Of a DNA stretch of 63,264 nt, positions 26,520 through 38,800 are shown piece by piece (the first letter of the stretch is position 1; every line of letters starts with the position of its first letter). The DNA is taken from IMG/VR virus record IMGVR_UViG_3300036770_000545, positions 1 through 63,264 of that record; one strand, written 5' to 3'. The notes beneath the pieces were generated by a model. That model had not been told where the DNA came from. It saw only the letters and a program-made list of their open reading frames with translations, and searched no databases. Source of the DNA: a virus (taxonomy: Duplodnaviria > Caudoviricetes). Made by a program: the position numbers and the translations under genes.

Positions 26520-28065
26520 TGACAAAGTTTTGCTGGTTCGGACAAGACGACCACACTTAATCACCGAACACATAAAGAAAAGCGCAGTAGTAGGACAGGA
26601 ACAAGACATATACGAAGTGGCAGTCAACTGGGGTTTGAAAGAGTCCCAGATGCTTGCCAACCTGCGTATCAAAGACGTTCCTTCCACAATCAAAAGAGAT
26701 TACAAGTGGACAGGCAAGCTGACGCCGTTTGCCCACCAGAAAGAAACTGCGTCTTTCCTAACATTGCACCCCAAAGCGTTCTGCTTTAACGAGCAAGGGA
26801 CAGGCAAAACAGCATCTGTCATTTGGGCTGCTGACTATCTGATGAACATTGGAGAAGTCCAGCGTGTGCTTGTGCTTTGTCCGCTATCCATAATGAAGTC
26901 TGCATGGCAGCAGGACTTGTTCAAGTTTGCCATGCACCGCTCTTGTTCCGTAGCCCATGGGGATGCTAAGACCAGAACTAAAATCATTAACGCTGGATCA
27001 GAGTTTGTCATCATCAACTTTGACGGGTTGGCTGTAGTTAAAGAAGCCATCTTGGAAGGTAGCTTTGACTTGATCGTCATTGACGAAGCAAACGCATACA
27101 AAAACCCGCAGACCAACAGATGGAAAGTGCTTAAAGAAGTTGCCGCCAAGAGCAGGTGGCTCTGGATGATGACGGGCACCCCAGCGGCACAGTCTCCACT
27201 AGACGCCTACGGGCTGGCAAAGCTGGTCAATCCCGACGGGACGCCTAAGTACTACGGGCAGTTCAGAGATCAAGTGATGTACAAAGCAACCCAGTTCCGT
27301 TGGGTTCCCAAAGCTAACGCACAGACCGTGGTGCACAAAGTCTTGCAACCCGCTATCCGTTTTGAACGAGATCAGTGCCTTGACTTGCCAGAGGTTACGT
27401 TCGTTGAACGGGAGGCTCCTCTGACTCCTCAGCAGGCGAAGTACTACAGAATGCTTAAGAAGCAAATGACTCTGACAGCAGACGGTGAGTCGGTCACAGC
27501 GGTCAATGCGGCAACCAACATCAACAAGTTACTTCAGATTTCAGGTGGTGCAGTCTACTCGGACACTAAAGAAGTCATTGAGTTTGATGTATCCAATCGG
27601 ATACAAGTCATCCTTGAAGTCGTTGAAGAGGCTAGCCACAAGGTGCTTGTGTTTGTTCCTTTCACTCACACCATCGAGTTACTACAGAGTGCTTTGGAAA
27701 AACACAACATCTCATGCGGTGTCATCAACGGGCAAGTGAGTGTTAACAAGCGCAGCGAACTGGTTAAGCAGTTCCAAGAAAACCCCGACCCGCATGTGCT
27801 TATCATTCAACCTCAAGCGGCATCACACGGGCTTACCCTAACTGCGGCCAACACAATTGTCTGGTACGCTCCCGTGACTAGCGTGGAGACATACTTGCAA
27901 GCGAACGCACGAATCAACCGGCCCGGACAAAAGAACGCCATGACCATCGTTCACATCCGGGGCAGTGAAGTTGAAAGCAAGCTGTATCACATGCTTCAAA
28001 ACAACATCACCAACCACGAAAAAATAATTGACTTGTACCGGCAAGAAATTGCTCAAGACATTTGA
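26506..28065 (+). CDS. SNF2-family helicase
   Basis: EQGTGKT, VIDEA, MTGTP, HGLTLTAA, QANARINRPGQ. Confidence 0.93.
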   Translation: MRIVDDKVLLVRTRRPHLITEHIKKSAVVGQEQDIYEVAVNWGLKESQMLANLRIKDVPSTIKRDYKWTGKLTPFAHQKETASFLTLHPKAFCFNEQGTGKTASVIWAADYLMNIGEVQRVLVLCPLSIMKSAWQQDLFKFAMHRSCSVAHGDAKTRTKIINAGSEFVIINFDGLAVVKEAILEGSFDLIVIDEANAYKNPQTNRWKVLKEVAAKSRWLWMMTGTPAAQSPLDAYGLAKLVNPDGTPKYYGQFRDQVMYKATQFRWVPKANAQTVVHKVLQPAIRFERDQCLDLPEVTFVEREAPLTPQQAKYYRMLKKQMTLTADGESVTAVNAATNINKLLQISGGAVYSDTKEVIEFDVSNRIQVILEVVEEASHKVLVFVPFTHTIELLQSALEKHNISCGVINGQVSVNKRSELVKQFQENPDPHVLIIQPQAASHGLTLTAANTIVWYAPVTSVETYLQANARINRPGQKNAMTIVHIRGSEVESKLYHMLQNNITNHEKIIDLYRQEIAQDI

Positions 28066-28088
28066 CAAAGTCAAAAGTTGTGCTATAC
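28062..28088 (+). promoter_or_regulatory. Middle promoter
   Basis: TTGACA and TATACT with TGn; twin of promoter at 18091. Confidence 0.75.
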
Positions 28089-28117
28089 TGAAGTCTCATA
28101 ACAAGTAGGAGCGATTC

Positions 28118-28525
28118 ATGGTGGAAACAGACTTAGCTATTGACGAGCTTGTGAGTATTTATCTCAAGATTCGTAACGCTATCGAAGCAAAAGAAGAGCA
28201 GCACAAGGCTGAAATCCAAGAACTGAAAGACCAGTTCGAAGTTGTCGGCAACAAGCTGCTTGACATTTGCAACGAGCAAAACCTAGACAGCATCAGAACA
28301 CCAGTGGGAACAGTTTCTCGTCGGGTTTCATCACGGTATTGGACGAGCGACTGGGATTCGATGTATCAATTCATCCAAGAAAACGATGCACCTTTCCTGC
28401 TGGAACAACGAATCCACAACTCAAACATGCGTCAGTTCTTAGAAGAGAACCCAGATAAGTTCCCGGCTGGGCTTCAGAACGAGCGCAAATACGCCGTGCA
28501 AGTACGTAAACCAACTGCCAAGTAA
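28118..28525 (+). CDS. Replication-module protein of unknown function
   Basis: 135 aa, coiled coil then SIRTPVGT, DWDSMYQFI, LLEQRI; AGGAG SD. Confidence 0.8.
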   Translation: MVETDLAIDELVSIYLKIRNAIEAKEEQHKAEIQELKDQFEVVGNKLLDICNEQNLDSIRTPVGTVSRRVSSRYWTSDWDSMYQFIQENDAPFLLEQRIHNSNMRQFLEENPDKFPAGLQNERKYAVQVRKPTAK

Positions 28526-28535
28526 GGAGCAATTC

Positions 28536-29435
28536 ATGAGCAATGTAGCTATCTTCAAACAACAAAATGCTGTTGCAGTATCAGGCAATCGCCAACTGTC
28601 AGACCTCGCCAAGTCACTGGCAACTTCCACATCTTCACGCCGTATCCAGACTAACACTAACGGTACATTCAAGCGCATCATCAATGGTGAGCAGATTGGC
28701 ACTGCCGTGCGTGGAGAGATCAACGTCATCATCGTGGGTGCATTGCCCAAAGTCTCCCGTATTTTCTATAAAGAAAAGTTTGATCCCAACAAGGAAGCCA
28801 CGCTGCCCAACTGCTGGTCTAACCTTGGTGATAAACCCGAGGATGCCGCCGCAGATAAGCAACACTCCAACTGTGCTGACTGCCCTCAGAACATCAAGGG
28901 TTCTGGAGACAACGGTAGTAAGGCTTGCCGCTATCAGCGTCGTATCTCGGTGTTGGTTGAAGGTGATTCCAGCGGCGATGTATATCAGTTCAACGTGCCA
29001 GCCAAGTCGTTGTTCGGCAAAGGCACCGGCAATGTGCATCCGTTTGAGTCGTACGTAAAGTTCTTGATTGCCAACGGTGAGTCACCTGACAACGTAGTGA
29101 CTAACATTTCGTTTGATGCTAACGCTGACACAATGGAGTTGTTGTTTACACCCCTGCGTAACATCAGCGATGAAGAGTACGAACTGGTCCAAGCTGCTCA
29201 ATCTAAACCTGAGACCAAGATGTACACCATGATTACCGTTGCGCAAGCTGACGGCGTAAAGAAGCAACCCCCAGCAGTAGAAGTTAAACAGGCAAAAAGT
29301 GTTGTCCGCTCTGATGAGCCCGATGATGAACCTGTCGAAGAGCCCGTGAAACGTCAAGCGAAGAAAGTGGAAGCTGCGCCCAAAGCTAAAGCTAACCTCG
29401 CTGATGTGGTAAGTAAGTGGGGCGAAGACGAGTAA
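28536..29435 (+). CDS. Putative ssDNA-binding/annealing protein with Cys cluster
   Basis: CWS, CADCPQN, ACR; acidic tail; position upstream of primase. Confidence 0.6.
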   Translation: MSNVAIFKQQNAVAVSGNRQLSDLAKSLATSTSSRRIQTNTNGTFKRIINGEQIGTAVRGEINVIIVGALPKVSRIFYKEKFDPNKEATLPNCWSNLGDKPEDAAADKQHSNCADCPQNIKGSGDNGSKACRYQRRISVLVEGDSSGDVYQFNVPAKSLFGKGTGNVHPFESYVKFLIANGESPDNVVTNISFDANADTMELLFTPLRNISDEEYELVQAAQSKPETKMYTMITVAQADGVKKQPPAVEVKQAKSVVRSDEPDDEPVEEPVKRQAKKVEAAPKAKANLADVVSKWGEDE

Positions 29436-29439
29436 CTCC

Positions 29440-29676
29440 ATGAGTTACGGTTACAGCGCGAGGCTGATCGAGTTAAACAAGAAGGCTGACCCTAAGCTAC
29501 TTGGCGTCCGTCTTGGGAAGGTGTGCATCAAGCATGGTGTGCCCGTTGCCAAGGTTGCCGAAGTGCTTTCGGTCAGTCGGCAGACTATCTACAACTGGTT
29601 CATCGGGGTCAGTAACCCGCAGAACACAATTGTAAGTTCTGTCGAAAACCTTATTGTTTCTTTCGACCAACAATAA
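29440..29676 (+). CDS. HTH (Cro/CI-like) protein
   Basis: VAKVAEVLSVSRQTIYNWFIG. Confidence 0.85.
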   Translation: MSYGYSARLIELNKKADPKLLGVRLGKVCIKHGVPVAKVAEVLSVSRQTIYNWFIGVSNPQNTIVSSVENLIVSFDQQ

Positions 29677-29726
29677 ACCGTCTTTTAAGAGAGGGTGTGT
29701 GGGGTTATTGCCCCCATTTTTTGCCG

Positions 29727-32567
29727 ATGACAAATCAACTAGACCTTTTAAGCACTGTGCAACCATCCGATGGGTGGTTTGCTGTGTTGGGTATAAAGGG
29801 TGAAGATGATGTCATTCAACGGTTGGTAGCCACAAGAGAAGAAGTTGACCGGCTGAGCGATGAGTTTGTAGCAGAAGAAAGAAACGTCTACTTTGGTGTA
29901 GCCAAGTTTGCAACCAATAAGAATCGGCAAAAAGCCAACGTGCTGGCACTGCGGTCCTTTTGGTTGGATATTGATTGCGGAGAACTAAAGGCTGAAGTAA
30001 ACCCAAAAACAGGGCGTCCAGAAGGCTACATCGACCAAGCCACCGGATTGCAAGCACTCCAGCAGTTCTGCAAAACAATAGGATTACCCCGACCAATAAT
30101 CGTCAACTCTGGCAGAGGCATACATGTCTACTGGCCTTTGACACGCGATGTATCACGCGAAGAGTGGGAGCCTGTTGCTAGCAGACTGCGTGACCTTTGT
30201 GTACTGCACAACTTTCACATTGACGGCAAAGTTTTTGAGGTCGCCAGAATCCTAAGAATCCCTGGAACCTACAACTTCAAAGATGATCCGCCTACATCAG
30301 TAGAAGTTATTAGTGATGGGGCACCCGTTGAATACGAAGTTTTTCGTTCTTTACTCGGGGTCAAAGCCCCAACTGAAGCACCACCGAAGCGTGAACTGAC
30401 TGAACTGGCAAAGTCGATGATGAGCAACACGACATCCAGCTTCAAGAAGATCATGATACGCAGTGCTAACGGCAACGGTTGCCAGCAACTGCTGGATGCT
30501 TTTGAGAACCAAGAATCGTTGTCTGAGCCCCGTTGGTTCGATGTGCTGTCAATTGCTAAGTTTTGCAGTGACCGTAACGTTGCCATCCACAAGATGTCTG
30601 AGGGGCATCCAGACTACGATTACGCTACTACAGAAGAAAAAACCAATCACATTGTAGGACCACACACTTGCTTGGAGTTTGAGAAAAGCAACCCAGGAGG
30701 GTGTGATGGATGTCCGTTCAAGGACAAAATTAAGTCCCCCATAGTGCTGGGCAAAGAGGTGCAGGAGGCTTCCGAAGAAGACAACACCATCGTGATTGAG
30801 GGTGAAGAGGACGAGGAAGATGAAGTACACCGCATACCCGACTACCCAAGCCCATTCTTTCGGGGGAAAAACGGGGGTATCTACAGATCAGCAGGTGATG
30901 AAGAGGAACCTATCAGGGTTTACGAGCATGACCTGTACGTAGTAAAGCGGATGAAAGACCCAGTTGTGGGGGATGTAGTTGTGATGAAACTGCACCTGCC
31001 ACGAGACGGCGTCAAAGAGTTCGTCGTACCCAACACACATGTAACAGACCAAAACGAATTACGAAAAGCTCTATCTAGCCACGGCGTAGTTTGCGGCAAA
31101 AAGTCGTTTGGGCTGTTGATGGAATACATCATTTCGTCTATTAGGGAACTGCAATTTAAAAGGAAGGCTGAGCAAATGAGGCAACAATTTGGATGGGCTG
31201 ACAAGAACAGCAAGTTCATTATTGGAGACAGAGAGATTACTCCTGACGGTGTTTTTCACAGTCCACCATCAAGTACCACAGCTAACATTGCCAACCACTT
31301 ACAGCCCGTAGGTAGCTTTGAAAGCTGGAAAGAAGTCTTTAATTTGTACGGCGCACCGGGGTTGGAACCCCATGCTTTTGCCACGCTGACTGCCTTTGGG
31401 TCTCCCCTGCTTAGTTTCTTGGGGCAGAACGGAGCCATCATAAATGTGATACACCCCGACTCAGGCACAGGCAAGACGACCATTTTGCACATGTGCAACA
31501 GCGTCTACGGAGACCCGGCACGGCTATGTGCCATGTGGGACGACACGCTAAACGCCAAGATTTTGCGGTTGGGGGTGATGAACAACTTGCCCTTTACCGT
31601 GGATGAGATGACCAATATGACCCCGGCAGACTTCTCAACGCTGGCCTACTCCATGTCACAGGGACGGGGGAAAGATCGGGTCAAGGCTAGTTCCAACGAA
31701 CTCAGGCTAAACCTAACATCCTGGCAATCCATATCGCTATGCTCTTCCAACGCGTCTTTCTACGAGAAGATGGCGTCTTTGAAAAACTCTCCTGATGGCG
31801 AGTTGATGCGGTTGATTGAGTACAAGATTGAGCAGAACGGAGTCATCGAAGTAAGCAAAGCCAAGCAGATGTTTGACCACCAGCTAAAGCATAACTTTGG
31901 ACATGCGGGCGACATTTACGCTAAGTGGCTAGTAGAGAACCTAGAAGAAGCCAAGACCACTGTGCTTAGCATCCAAGCCAAGATCGACAAAGAGTTGCGG
32001 CTTACCCAACGAGAGCGCTTCTGGTCGGCAGTAGCAGCAGCAAACATTACCGGTGGGTTGATTGCTAAGAACTGTGGGCTGCTCGATTGGGACATGAAGG
32101 CAATCTACAAGTGGGCTACCCAGATGATTCTTAGCCTACGCGCAGAGGTTAAGCCCCCAGCAAGTGATGTCATGTCGGTGATCGGTGACTACATTAACCG
32201 GCACATGCAGAATATTTTGGTGGTTAATGACAACGTAGACCGGCGCACTGCTATGCCCTCTCTGCCTACCGCCGAGCCAAAAGGCGAACTACTTGTACGG
32301 TATGAGCCTGACACCAAGAAGATGTTTATTGCAGCAAAACCGTTTAAGAACGACTGCGTGAAGTTTCAAGTGAACTACAAAGACACGCTACAGCAGCTAG
32401 AAAAGAAGGGTATCTTCCTTGGTACCACAAATAAACGGCTTTCTAAAGGTATGAAGATCGTGTCGCCGGGAGTGCACTCATTGATATTTGATTGTGCTAG
32501 CAGCGAGTTCATTAGCATGGATGACTTTGTGCAACCCGAGGACAGCCATGCAGGTGGAGAAGGTTAG
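29727..32567 (+). CDS. Primase-helicase (AEP-like primase, DUF927-like domain, P-loop helicase)
   Basis: WLDID, NSGRGIHVYW, RILRIPGT, C..CDGC, QFGW, SGTGKTT, TVDE. Confidence 0.85.
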   Translation: MTNQLDLLSTVQPSDGWFAVLGIKGEDDVIQRLVATREEVDRLSDEFVAEERNVYFGVAKFATNKNRQKANVLALRSFWLDIDCGELKAEVNPKTGRPEGYIDQATGLQALQQFCKTIGLPRPIIVNSGRGIHVYWPLTRDVSREEWEPVASRLRDLCVLHNFHIDGKVFEVARILRIPGTYNFKDDPPTSVEVISDGAPVEYEVFRSLLGVKAPTEAPPKRELTELAKSMMSNTTSSFKKIMIRSANGNGCQQLLDAFENQESLSEPRWFDVLSIAKFCSDRNVAIHKMSEGHPDYDYATTEEKTNHIVGPHTCLEFEKSNPGGCDGCPFKDKIKSPIVLGKEVQEASEEDNTIVIEGEEDEEDEVHRIPDYPSPFFRGKNGGIYRSAGDEEEPIRVYEHDLYVVKRMKDPVVGDVVVMKLHLPRDGVKEFVVPNTHVTDQNELRKALSSHGVVCGKKSFGLLMEYIISSIRELQFKRKAEQMRQQFGWADKNSKFIIGDREITPDGVFHSPPSSTTANIANHLQPVGSFESWKEVFNLYGAPGLEPHAFATLTAFGSPLLSFLGQNGAIINVIHPDSGTGKTTILHMCNSVYGDPARLCAMWDDTLNAKILRLGVMNNLPFTVDEMTNMTPADFSTLAYSMSQGRGKDRVKASSNELRLNLTSWQSISLCSSNASFYEKMASLKNSPDGELMRLIEYKIEQNGVIEVSKAKQMFDHQLKHNFGHAGDIYAKWLVENLEEAKTTVLSIQAKIDKELRLTQRERFWSAVAAANITGGLIAKNCGLLDWDMKAIYKWATQMILSLRAEVKPPASDVMSVIGDYINRHMQNILVVNDNVDRRTAMPSLPTAEPKGELLVRYEPDTKKMFIAAKPFKNDCVKFQVNYKDTLQQLEKKGIFLGTTNKRLSKGMKIVSPGVHSLIFDCASSEFISMDDFVQPEDSHAGGEG

Positions 32568-32742
32568 TTACCGAATCAACTGGAAAAAGTTCAAAAAGGG
32601 GTGGTCGTTCTTCATCCCTTGCCTCAACCCTAGCAAAGCTAAAAAAGAAATCCTTGAAACCACAAACCGCTTTCGCTACAAAATCCTAACAAAAGTAGTG
32701 ATTGAGGAGGGGATAAAGGGTTTACGAGTATGGCGAGTTTGA
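32548..32742 (+). CDS. Small basic protein
   Basis: MQVEKVSYRINW..SFFIPC...GLRVWRV; last gene of the + arm. Confidence 0.65.
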   Translation: MQVEKVSYRINWKKFKKGWSFFIPCLNPSKAKKEILETTNRFRYKILTKVVIEEGIKGLRVWRV

Positions 32743-32794
32743 TATACTGGCCTCGGAAGAATCGCTCCTTCCGTTTCCTTGGTGGTTCCTTTAC

Positions 32795-32823
32795 GCCCCC
32801 GGCCTCAAAACCGGGGGCTTTTT
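32795..32823 (+). terminator. Terminator at convergence of the two arms
   Basis: GCCCCCGG-cctcaaaa-CCGGGGGC-TTTTT. Confidence 0.85.
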
Positions 32824-35800
32824 ACTTCTGCTCTTGGGGAACCCTAGTTTTTTCAGTTAACTCGAAAACAGTATTCGCTAACCTCGGGTCAACAGAAAGT
32901 CCTTCTTCAGCTATTGCTCTGCGTTTGGCTTTACCCGAAAGCGAACTAATTATGGTGTCTTGAGTAATTGGTAGTACAGCTTGATTTTTGTAGTTGTACT
33001 CAGCTATCGCTGTATAAGCTTCATCTATTGCTTCGTCATTAGCTTCTGTTGGGTTTTCGTTATACCGCACGTAGGCTTTGTCCAAATCTCTGAGAACTTT
33101 AGTACGTTCTTTTTCGATGGTTCTGACCATCTGCTTAGCCCTAAAGTTTTTCTTCTGTATCTCAGCCACTTCCGTGCTTTGGAATCCAAGAGATTGTGCA
33201 AGCAGCTTGCCAGTGGTGTACCACTCGGCATCCCGTATTTGATCTCCAGAACTAGTTTTTAAACCTTCTTCACGCAAACGGTTAGCCGTTATTAACCCAC
33301 GTATAAATGCGGGTGATATTTTTTCAAGTGCTTTGTTTAGCTCACCATTGTTATAGTCATCAAGAGCGGCAAACATTTGTTCACCCATAGAACCAAACGG
33401 ACCTGCAAGACCAATTAAAAAGTTTTGCCATGCTTCTCTTGAAGTAGCAGCAGGAACATCTTCTCGGAACCACATACCATCAAGTGATGTAGATGCAGCA
33501 ATATTTAAGTCGGTTAGCCCGGATATTGGACCCATTTTTACAGATCGCTGTAAAGTCAGGGCTTGTTCTTCTGTTAAACCTAACGCTGTGGCAAGATCAC
33601 TTCCAGAGCCAAAGTAAGTTGGAATAAGCCACTCTTCAAACCACAACTTGAGGTTACGTTTACCTAGCGGATTGCCCTCATCATTTTCATCGTAGAAGAG
33701 GTCTTCATCTTCATCACCCATTTCAGGGCGTAATGCTTCCCGTAAACCTTCTGCAAGCCCCAGTATCATGCTGTAACCGGGCAGACCTACTACACCAGCA
33801 AACAACCAAGTCATGCCGAGAGTACCGAAGAACTTAATTGCTGCGTCTCGCTTATCCTCTTTATTGAGGTAAGGCAGCATCCCGTAAAAATTACGCACCA
33901 GATATGAAGTCATCTGGAGGGGATAAGTCATAAACTGCGTACCTAATTTAGTAGCAGCATTGGCTTTCATCAAACGGGGTTTGTTGTACTGGGTGTAGTT
34001 AAACAACGACTCATAGACCAGCTTGGTTGCTACATCAATTGCTTTAGTAGCTGCTTCATTGTCATTCAACCCCTGTTCTTTGGACCGAGCAAATTCCAAC
34101 TCAAAGGCCGACATGTACATGGTTTCACGGGAAATACGCTCAAGGTGATGGAAAGCACCACCCATAAAATTTAAGATGGCGTGAAAACCTTTACTTGGAA
34201 GCCCTTGATACTCAGCAGTTGGTGCCTGCGCCCGTGCAGTCATGTCAGACGCATAGGTAGACATAAACAAATCTTTGTCCTGTCCAGCTTCCCACGCACG
34301 CTTTAGTATTCTGCGATAGTTCAGATTAGGGTGCTTATTGACATAAGCAGAATCATTTATTGAAGGCTCACCCCATTTAGTAGTGACGTTACCGTTTGCA
34401 TCCCGTTTTGTAGTACCAAACTTGTTAAAGAGATTGGAGTAACGAGCAGCAGTGGCTGCGGCTTTTATTGTTCCATATTCAGCAGCCAGAACCGGCAAAC
34501 CAACAATAGGAAGCTGCGTCATCTGCACTAGAGCAGACTTGGGGGATGTCAGCATGTAATAAAACACTGCTTGGTTGCCTATGTTTGCTAAAGCATCCCA
34601 GTTAAACTCCCCTGGCACTTGAGGAGTCATCTCCGCAGTGGCACGAATTGCAATCTCATCTACGAATGCACGTAGCTTCAGCGCATCTGGATTACCTGCA
34701 AGTTCAGCATAAGCAGACCCAAGGGCCAGCCTAACGTCATCAGCATAAGCCAGACGAGAAAGCTGGTTAGCCGCAGTATGCTGAGAAGTGATGAAGTTGC
34801 GAAGCACATCCGCACTAAAACCAGTCTTACCTTGGCGGTGAGTGAATTTACGGCGGATGTCTCGATCAGGCAAAGTCATCAAATACATCTGATAGACCTG
34901 ATCTTTAACTGCATCTATGTCAGTAATACCAGCTTTGCCAGTAGTAGGGTCTACAACGCTTCCATCTTCAAGTGCTTTGAAGATGTCTTTAAGCATCTGG
35001 CTAGACTCCATTACTTCATTACGAATCTGATTTAGGTCGTCACCGACTTCAAAAGACTGGTCTGTGAGAACATCTTCGTAGGTCTTACCTGCTTCCTCTG
35101 CACGCTGACGAGCGTAGTTGTTACGAGCCGTTGCAGACTCAAACATGTGAAATTCACCTGACTTACCTTTGCCAATACGCAACCAGAAGTTGCCGTACCG
35201 CATAAGCGGGAAGTAAATTCCAAGTTGTTGGGCTTCTTGGAAAGTCTGCGTGATCTGAGCGATCAGCTTACCTTTAGGGGTGTTTGGGTTGTTAACCTGT
35301 CCGGGGATGTTAGCTTTAGTGATCTTGTCAATCAGCAACTGCTGGTGCAAGTCAAACGTATCCTTGTAGGCATCTTTTGCCATCTTAAAGATTTCGTGAC
35401 CCTCACCGTTGCCGTACTTGCCAAGCTGCTCCCAACCCTCGATGGTGTACTTTTCACCCGTATCAGGGTTAACAACTGTGCCGCCTTCGTAAACAATTTT
35501 AAGTTCATTCTCGCGTTTAGTAACCGCACCCTTGGCAGCAGTGCGTTGACGCGGAGTTTTAGCGGGATCAGCTAAAGCAGCTTGATAGTCAGCCTTGAGC
35601 TTTTGTAGCTGTGAGTCATTATTTAATGCACTAGCTAAGTCTTTATGTTGCGTTGGGTCAACAGCTAGCAGCGTAGATGCGTGCATAACTTCGCCTAGAG
35701 TACGACCTCCTTTTTCGTACCTCTGACCAAACTTAACCCATTGGGGTACCCGCTCAGCCAACTCACGAATCATCTTGGCACGCATACCAGCCATGTCTTG

Positions 35801-38800
35801 CACTGCGTCGTTTACTTTTTCTAGGTTAACAATCCTGTCACCAGCCCACCGAGTAATATCCTCAGTAGTCAAAGTTGGCATAATTTTTCGGATTGAACTT
35901 ACAGTCAACGCATCAAAAGTGGAACGCAATAGCCGGATTGCACTTTTGGCATTACGCGTTTCCATAAACAACTGACCAATGCCAGCGTTCTTTGCTGAAG
36001 CGTTGTTTGATTTAAGTATTTTTTCCAGTGTCTTGTTTTGCTTTCTAACCTTTTTAGCCGCAGCGATGATAGTGCCCTGAGAAGGAGTAGGGCCAGAAGC
36101 ACGTAACAACTGATCGGTAACGACAACAAGGTCTTGGAAAGCCGAGGCATACTGCGGCCCCATGTTAAACATCTTGCGTATGGACTGGACGAACTTAGTC
36201 AGCAAGCCACGGTTGAGCAGTTTCGATCCAAACTCATAACGCCCTGGGACTTTCTGCAAAAAGTTCTGCATCTCAGGCTGCGTAAGGCCATAGGCTACAA
36301 ACTCTTTGATGTCAGTAAAAGCGTTTAACTTGTCAAACAAGATGTCTTCTAGATCGTCAGTTTTACCCTTCACGTTCATTAGTGCGTAGAACTTATAAGC
36401 ACTCAGCATGGTTTTTTGCATCTCTTCCATTGCTGTCCGTGCTTGAGGGCTAACCGAATTGGGGTCTTTCAGCCACGCATTTATTTGCGCCATCGTTGCG
36501 CCATGGACTGCTTCATGCAAGAAGGTCATGTTGTTGATGCCTTCAAGCCCAGCCAAGTTGCTTAGATATATGGTGCGACCTTGATCGTTCTCGACATACA
36601 GACCCGTTGCTCCCCTGAACGCTGCACGGGTTTTGGTATCAGGAATGTCAGTGCGGGGGTCATTAACAATTACAAGCTTGACCCCTTTAAGAAATGGCTT
36701 GATGCGTTGGGCCAGCAACTTTTCAAACGCGTTGCCCGTACGCATGATGTACTCAGCTGCTTTAGTAGCTGTACCAAAGTCTTCAATAAGGTAGGAAGGA
36801 TCAGTCTCAGAGTTAGTAGACCCCTCTAACAGACCAGACCTAGCAGTCTGACTTTGCTGCGCACGCTGTTGTGCCCGACGCTTTTCCTGTGCGTCTACGC
36901 TGGGGTGGTCAATAACAGTCTTGGCAATCTGCTTGGCCTTAGATGTAGGGCTAATGTTGCGGTCAGCAAGAACACGGAAAGCCTCAGTTAGTGCAGCATC
37001 ACGTTCCGTTTGAAGTTCTAAACCAGCAGCTCTTGCCGCATCTAGGTTGTCGTAGTCGTCTGGATTAAACGGCTTCTCAATAACTTTACGTGCTTTTTCC
37101 GCAGCACGAATAGCATCTTTACCAACTTTTTGGCGTTCAGCACGTTGTGCTTCGGCAGCAGCTTGCTCTTCAGGAGTGCGTACCACAGGCTTGCGACCAC
37201 CTCGTTTACCCGGAGGCTTCAGCCCTGTTTCTGGGTTAACTGACAACTGAGATGCTGGCGTATTGGCAGTAGTCTGGTCAAGGGGTACGGTTTCAGTAGG
37301 TGCAGCAGTTTTAGTGACTTCCCGGGGCACTCCATCAATAATGGTGTTTTGCAGCGGAGTTAACTGATCTTGTACTTCGTTAACCCTGTCTACTGCCCCA
37401 AAAAAGTTTTCAATAAGCGGTCGAACTTCCGGCTTTAAAAAACTTCGGTCGTAATCGCTTAAATCTTTTCCTTCTCTTTCGTTCTCCAACGCAGACTCAA
37501 AATCACTTTTAAGTCGTGTGGGGTCGTAAAATTCAGAAGAAGTGATGTCAAAACCCAGCGCATCGTTAAGCGCTTGCGTTGCTCGCTCTTGTTCCACCTG
37601 TGCTGCGTCTAGTTCAGTATTTAGCGCGGTGAACTGAGTTTTTTCTTCGGGGGTAAGGGTATAGCGTTTGTTTGGGTCAGCAATAAGTAGCGCTGGGTCT
37701 ACACCCTCAGTAACCTCAGTTTCTGCTTGGCGTAGTGCAACGTCCTCAGAGACGTCAGCACCCTGATCTTTAGCCTCTTTAACGATCACATACGCACGAT
37801 TTAAGATGTCCGTAGCTACATAAGGAACGTACTTCTGCCGAATGGCGTCTTTAGTAACTGGTTCTATTGCAGGGAGTTCAACTGCTGCTCGGTCTCCAAC
37901 ATCACCAGCAGGTGCGCTAGGTACTCCCACTGCTTCGAGTCCAACTTCTGTAACTGCGGCGGTAGGTTCTGCATCGACTCTTTTCCCACTAGGCAAAGGA
38001 ACGCTAGGCTCACCTCCTCCGGTTCCAACTCCGGCACCTTCATCTATTGGCCCTCCTAGTGTTGTAAGGCGTCTACCTGCTTCCTTATACGCATTTATTT
38101 CAGACATACCGGGGTTCTCAGCTTTAACCTGAGTAACCAGTGCATCAAAGACTGGCCCCAACTGTTCGGCATTTGCCTGACGTAACTTGTTTTGTGCTTC
38201 TAGTTCAGCTTGTTTTCTTTCTCTTTGTTCTATAAAAGGAGAAACACCTTCTTTAGCGGTTTGAACTGTAGCTCCAAGACCTCCACCAACTATAGCGCCT
38301 TCAAGAGCACGTTCACCAAGTTCTTTTATGTCTGAACCACGTAAAGTGCCTGCGGTTTCACCAAGGTAAGAAGCAGACTCTTCTACCGCTTCGGTACCTG
38401 ATTGAACACCTGTTTCCTTAGCAATTCGACCTGTTACTGTAGATTCAGGAGTAGCTTTACCAATCCCAAGCCTTCTTGTTGCAAAACGCTCCAACGTAGC
38501 TTCAATTACGGCTGCACCTGCGGCGGCAGTCACGTCACTTACAGTAGCCTCGTTTAAAGTTTTATTATCATTTTTAACCCGTTCATCCAAAATTTCTTTT
38601 GTACGAGCGCCTACATAAGCAGGTAAATTTATTACTGCCGCCGCCATATCTGGGACAGAAGTAACTACTCGTTCTGCAATAAACGGAATTGTATTTAGCG
38701 GATTGTCTGCAAGATCACCAAGCTGTGTACTAGGGGCATATCCAATGTCTTTACCCCAATCTTTTAGCGACTTAGCCCAAGTAAATAACGGTTTAAGTTG

